Source: Pseudomonadota bacterium
Lineage (GTDB): Bacteria > Pseudomonadota > Alphaproteobacteria > Rhizobiales > Xanthobacteraceae
NCBI GenBank assembly: GCA_023432885.1
Contig: JAEZEU010000116.1
Span: 1 to 59,055, forward strand
Reading direction: 5' to 3'
DNA length: 59,055 nucleotides
The notes beneath the pieces were generated by a model, which saw only the letters and a list, made by a program, of their open reading frames with translations, had not been told where the DNA came from and ran no database searches. Made by a program: the position numbers and the translations under genes. Shown piece by piece: positions 58,313-59,055 of this stretch; position 1 is the first letter of the stretch; the number at the start of each line of letters is the position of its first letter.

Positions 58313-58443
58313 TCGAAGCATTCCCAGATGGCGATGGCGAGGATTCCTGCGAGCGCAAGCGAAATGAGATAGGCGGCCACGGACAACTCCAAGCAGCAGA
58401 AGAAAGTGGCGGCATGATCGTCGCGATCGTCTTGTCCGATCAT
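58309..58443 (-). CDS. Small membrane peptide upstream of terS
   Basis: MIGQDDRDD...YLISLALAGILAIAIWECFE; GTGA overlap with terS. Confidence 0.45.
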   Translation of the reverse strand: MIGQDDRDDHAATFFCCLELSVAAYLISLALAGILAIAIWECFE

Positions 58444-58630
58444 TTCCGGCGCGAACCGTATCCCCGAAGGGGCCGCATGCGGCGGAGGGGCTCGCCGCAA
58501 GGCCGGCGCGTTCGCGCGCACCGGCCAGTAAGGTGGTGCCGGAGTTCGGACGGCGGCTCGCTCCCGACGCAGGCAGGACAAGGGAGATGTGGCGTCGTGA
58601 CGTGCGGCCGCCGTCCGATTGGTGAAGGAC

Positions 58631-58667
58631 AAACAAAAAGCCCGCTGCGGATGTCTCCGCTCGGGCT
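58631..58667 (-). terminator. Terminator in the leader of the phage operon
   Basis: AGCCCG-A-GCGGA-GACA-TCCGC-AG-CGGGCT followed by TTTTGTTT. Confidence 0.7.
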
Positions 58668-58692
58668 CATCGATATTTCCTGCGATGATGGA

Positions 58693-58722
58693 GCTATACT
58701 GCTGATTTGCCCGACGGGTCAA
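58693..58722 (-). promoter_or_regulatory. Candidate sigma70 promoter for the phage operon
   Basis: TTGACC-N18-TATAGC. Confidence 0.45.
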
Positions 58723-59055
58723 GTTATAATTCGTATTTTCGGCAATCATGGACCGGGTGCCAATCCAAACTAATGCTGGATCGGATCTTTGAGACACCGC
58801 ACAAGCCAGTCTTTGCACCCGGAATTTTTCGAAATGGCGAGAACTGACTCGTTGTCTGCGGAGGCGGCGATAGATCGAGCCTCACGGCTCGATGAACACC
58901 TTGAGCCACTGCCGGCGAAACGCTTCTCCAGATCGTCGGACGCTGAGAGAGTCGGCGCGCTCGTCTGCGGAAGAAGCCGGGAATCATTCGTTGCAATCTT
59001 TCCGGCGCGAACCATTTCCCTCAACCGGAGGGGCCGCCGCGCGTCGAGGAATCGC

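Larger units (their letters stand above)
30564..58722 (-). mobile_element. Podovirus-type prophage-derived (possibly domesticated/GTA-like) morphogenesis and lysis module
   Basis: Co-oriented terS, terL, split portal, capsid, adaptor, nozzle, fibres, ejection protein, lysin and holin-like genes; no integrase, att or replication genes seen; right boundary may lie outside the window. Confidence 0.9.

Noticed and set aside
30564..58722. CRISPR array or diversity-generating retroelement as the source of repeats and variability
   Set aside because: The repeated motifs are dispersed promoters, not regularly spaced repeats; no cas or RT gene and no template/variable repeat pair seen

Overview
High-GC alphaproteobacterial DNA, most like Bradyrhizobiaceae (inferred from gene content). 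The left half (~0.5-30 kb) is host metabolism: a tctCBA transporter interrupted by an mtnP-mtnA-aldolase (DHAP shunt) cluster, aminotransferase/FAD oxidoreductase/glcG genes, two molybdo-enzymes, a decaying ABC/FAH segment, a cyclase, a branched-chain-type ABC transporter and a Crp/Fnr regulator. The right half (~30.6-58.7 kb, minus strand) is a podovirus-type morphogenesis and lysis module with no integrase or replication genes in the window. It is unusual in four ways. (1) The portal gene is split into two clean ORFs by a ~3.3 kb insert. (2) The scaffold-like gene is displaced ~12 kb from its usual place. (3) Variable cassettes of membrane/periplasmic genes plus Pro-rich proteins sit between the core genes, and these proteins share two types of C-terminal tail motif that also survive as orphan remnants. 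(4) Four copies of an identically spaced sigma70 promoter containing an alphaproteobacterial LexA box (TTGACA-N2-GTTC-N7-GTTC) sit only in front of cassette genes. Working hypothesis (inference): a domesticated, SOS-linked phage-like particle carrying polymorphic tagged cargo proteins with partner (immunity-like) genes. All family calls are from motif recognition, not database searches.
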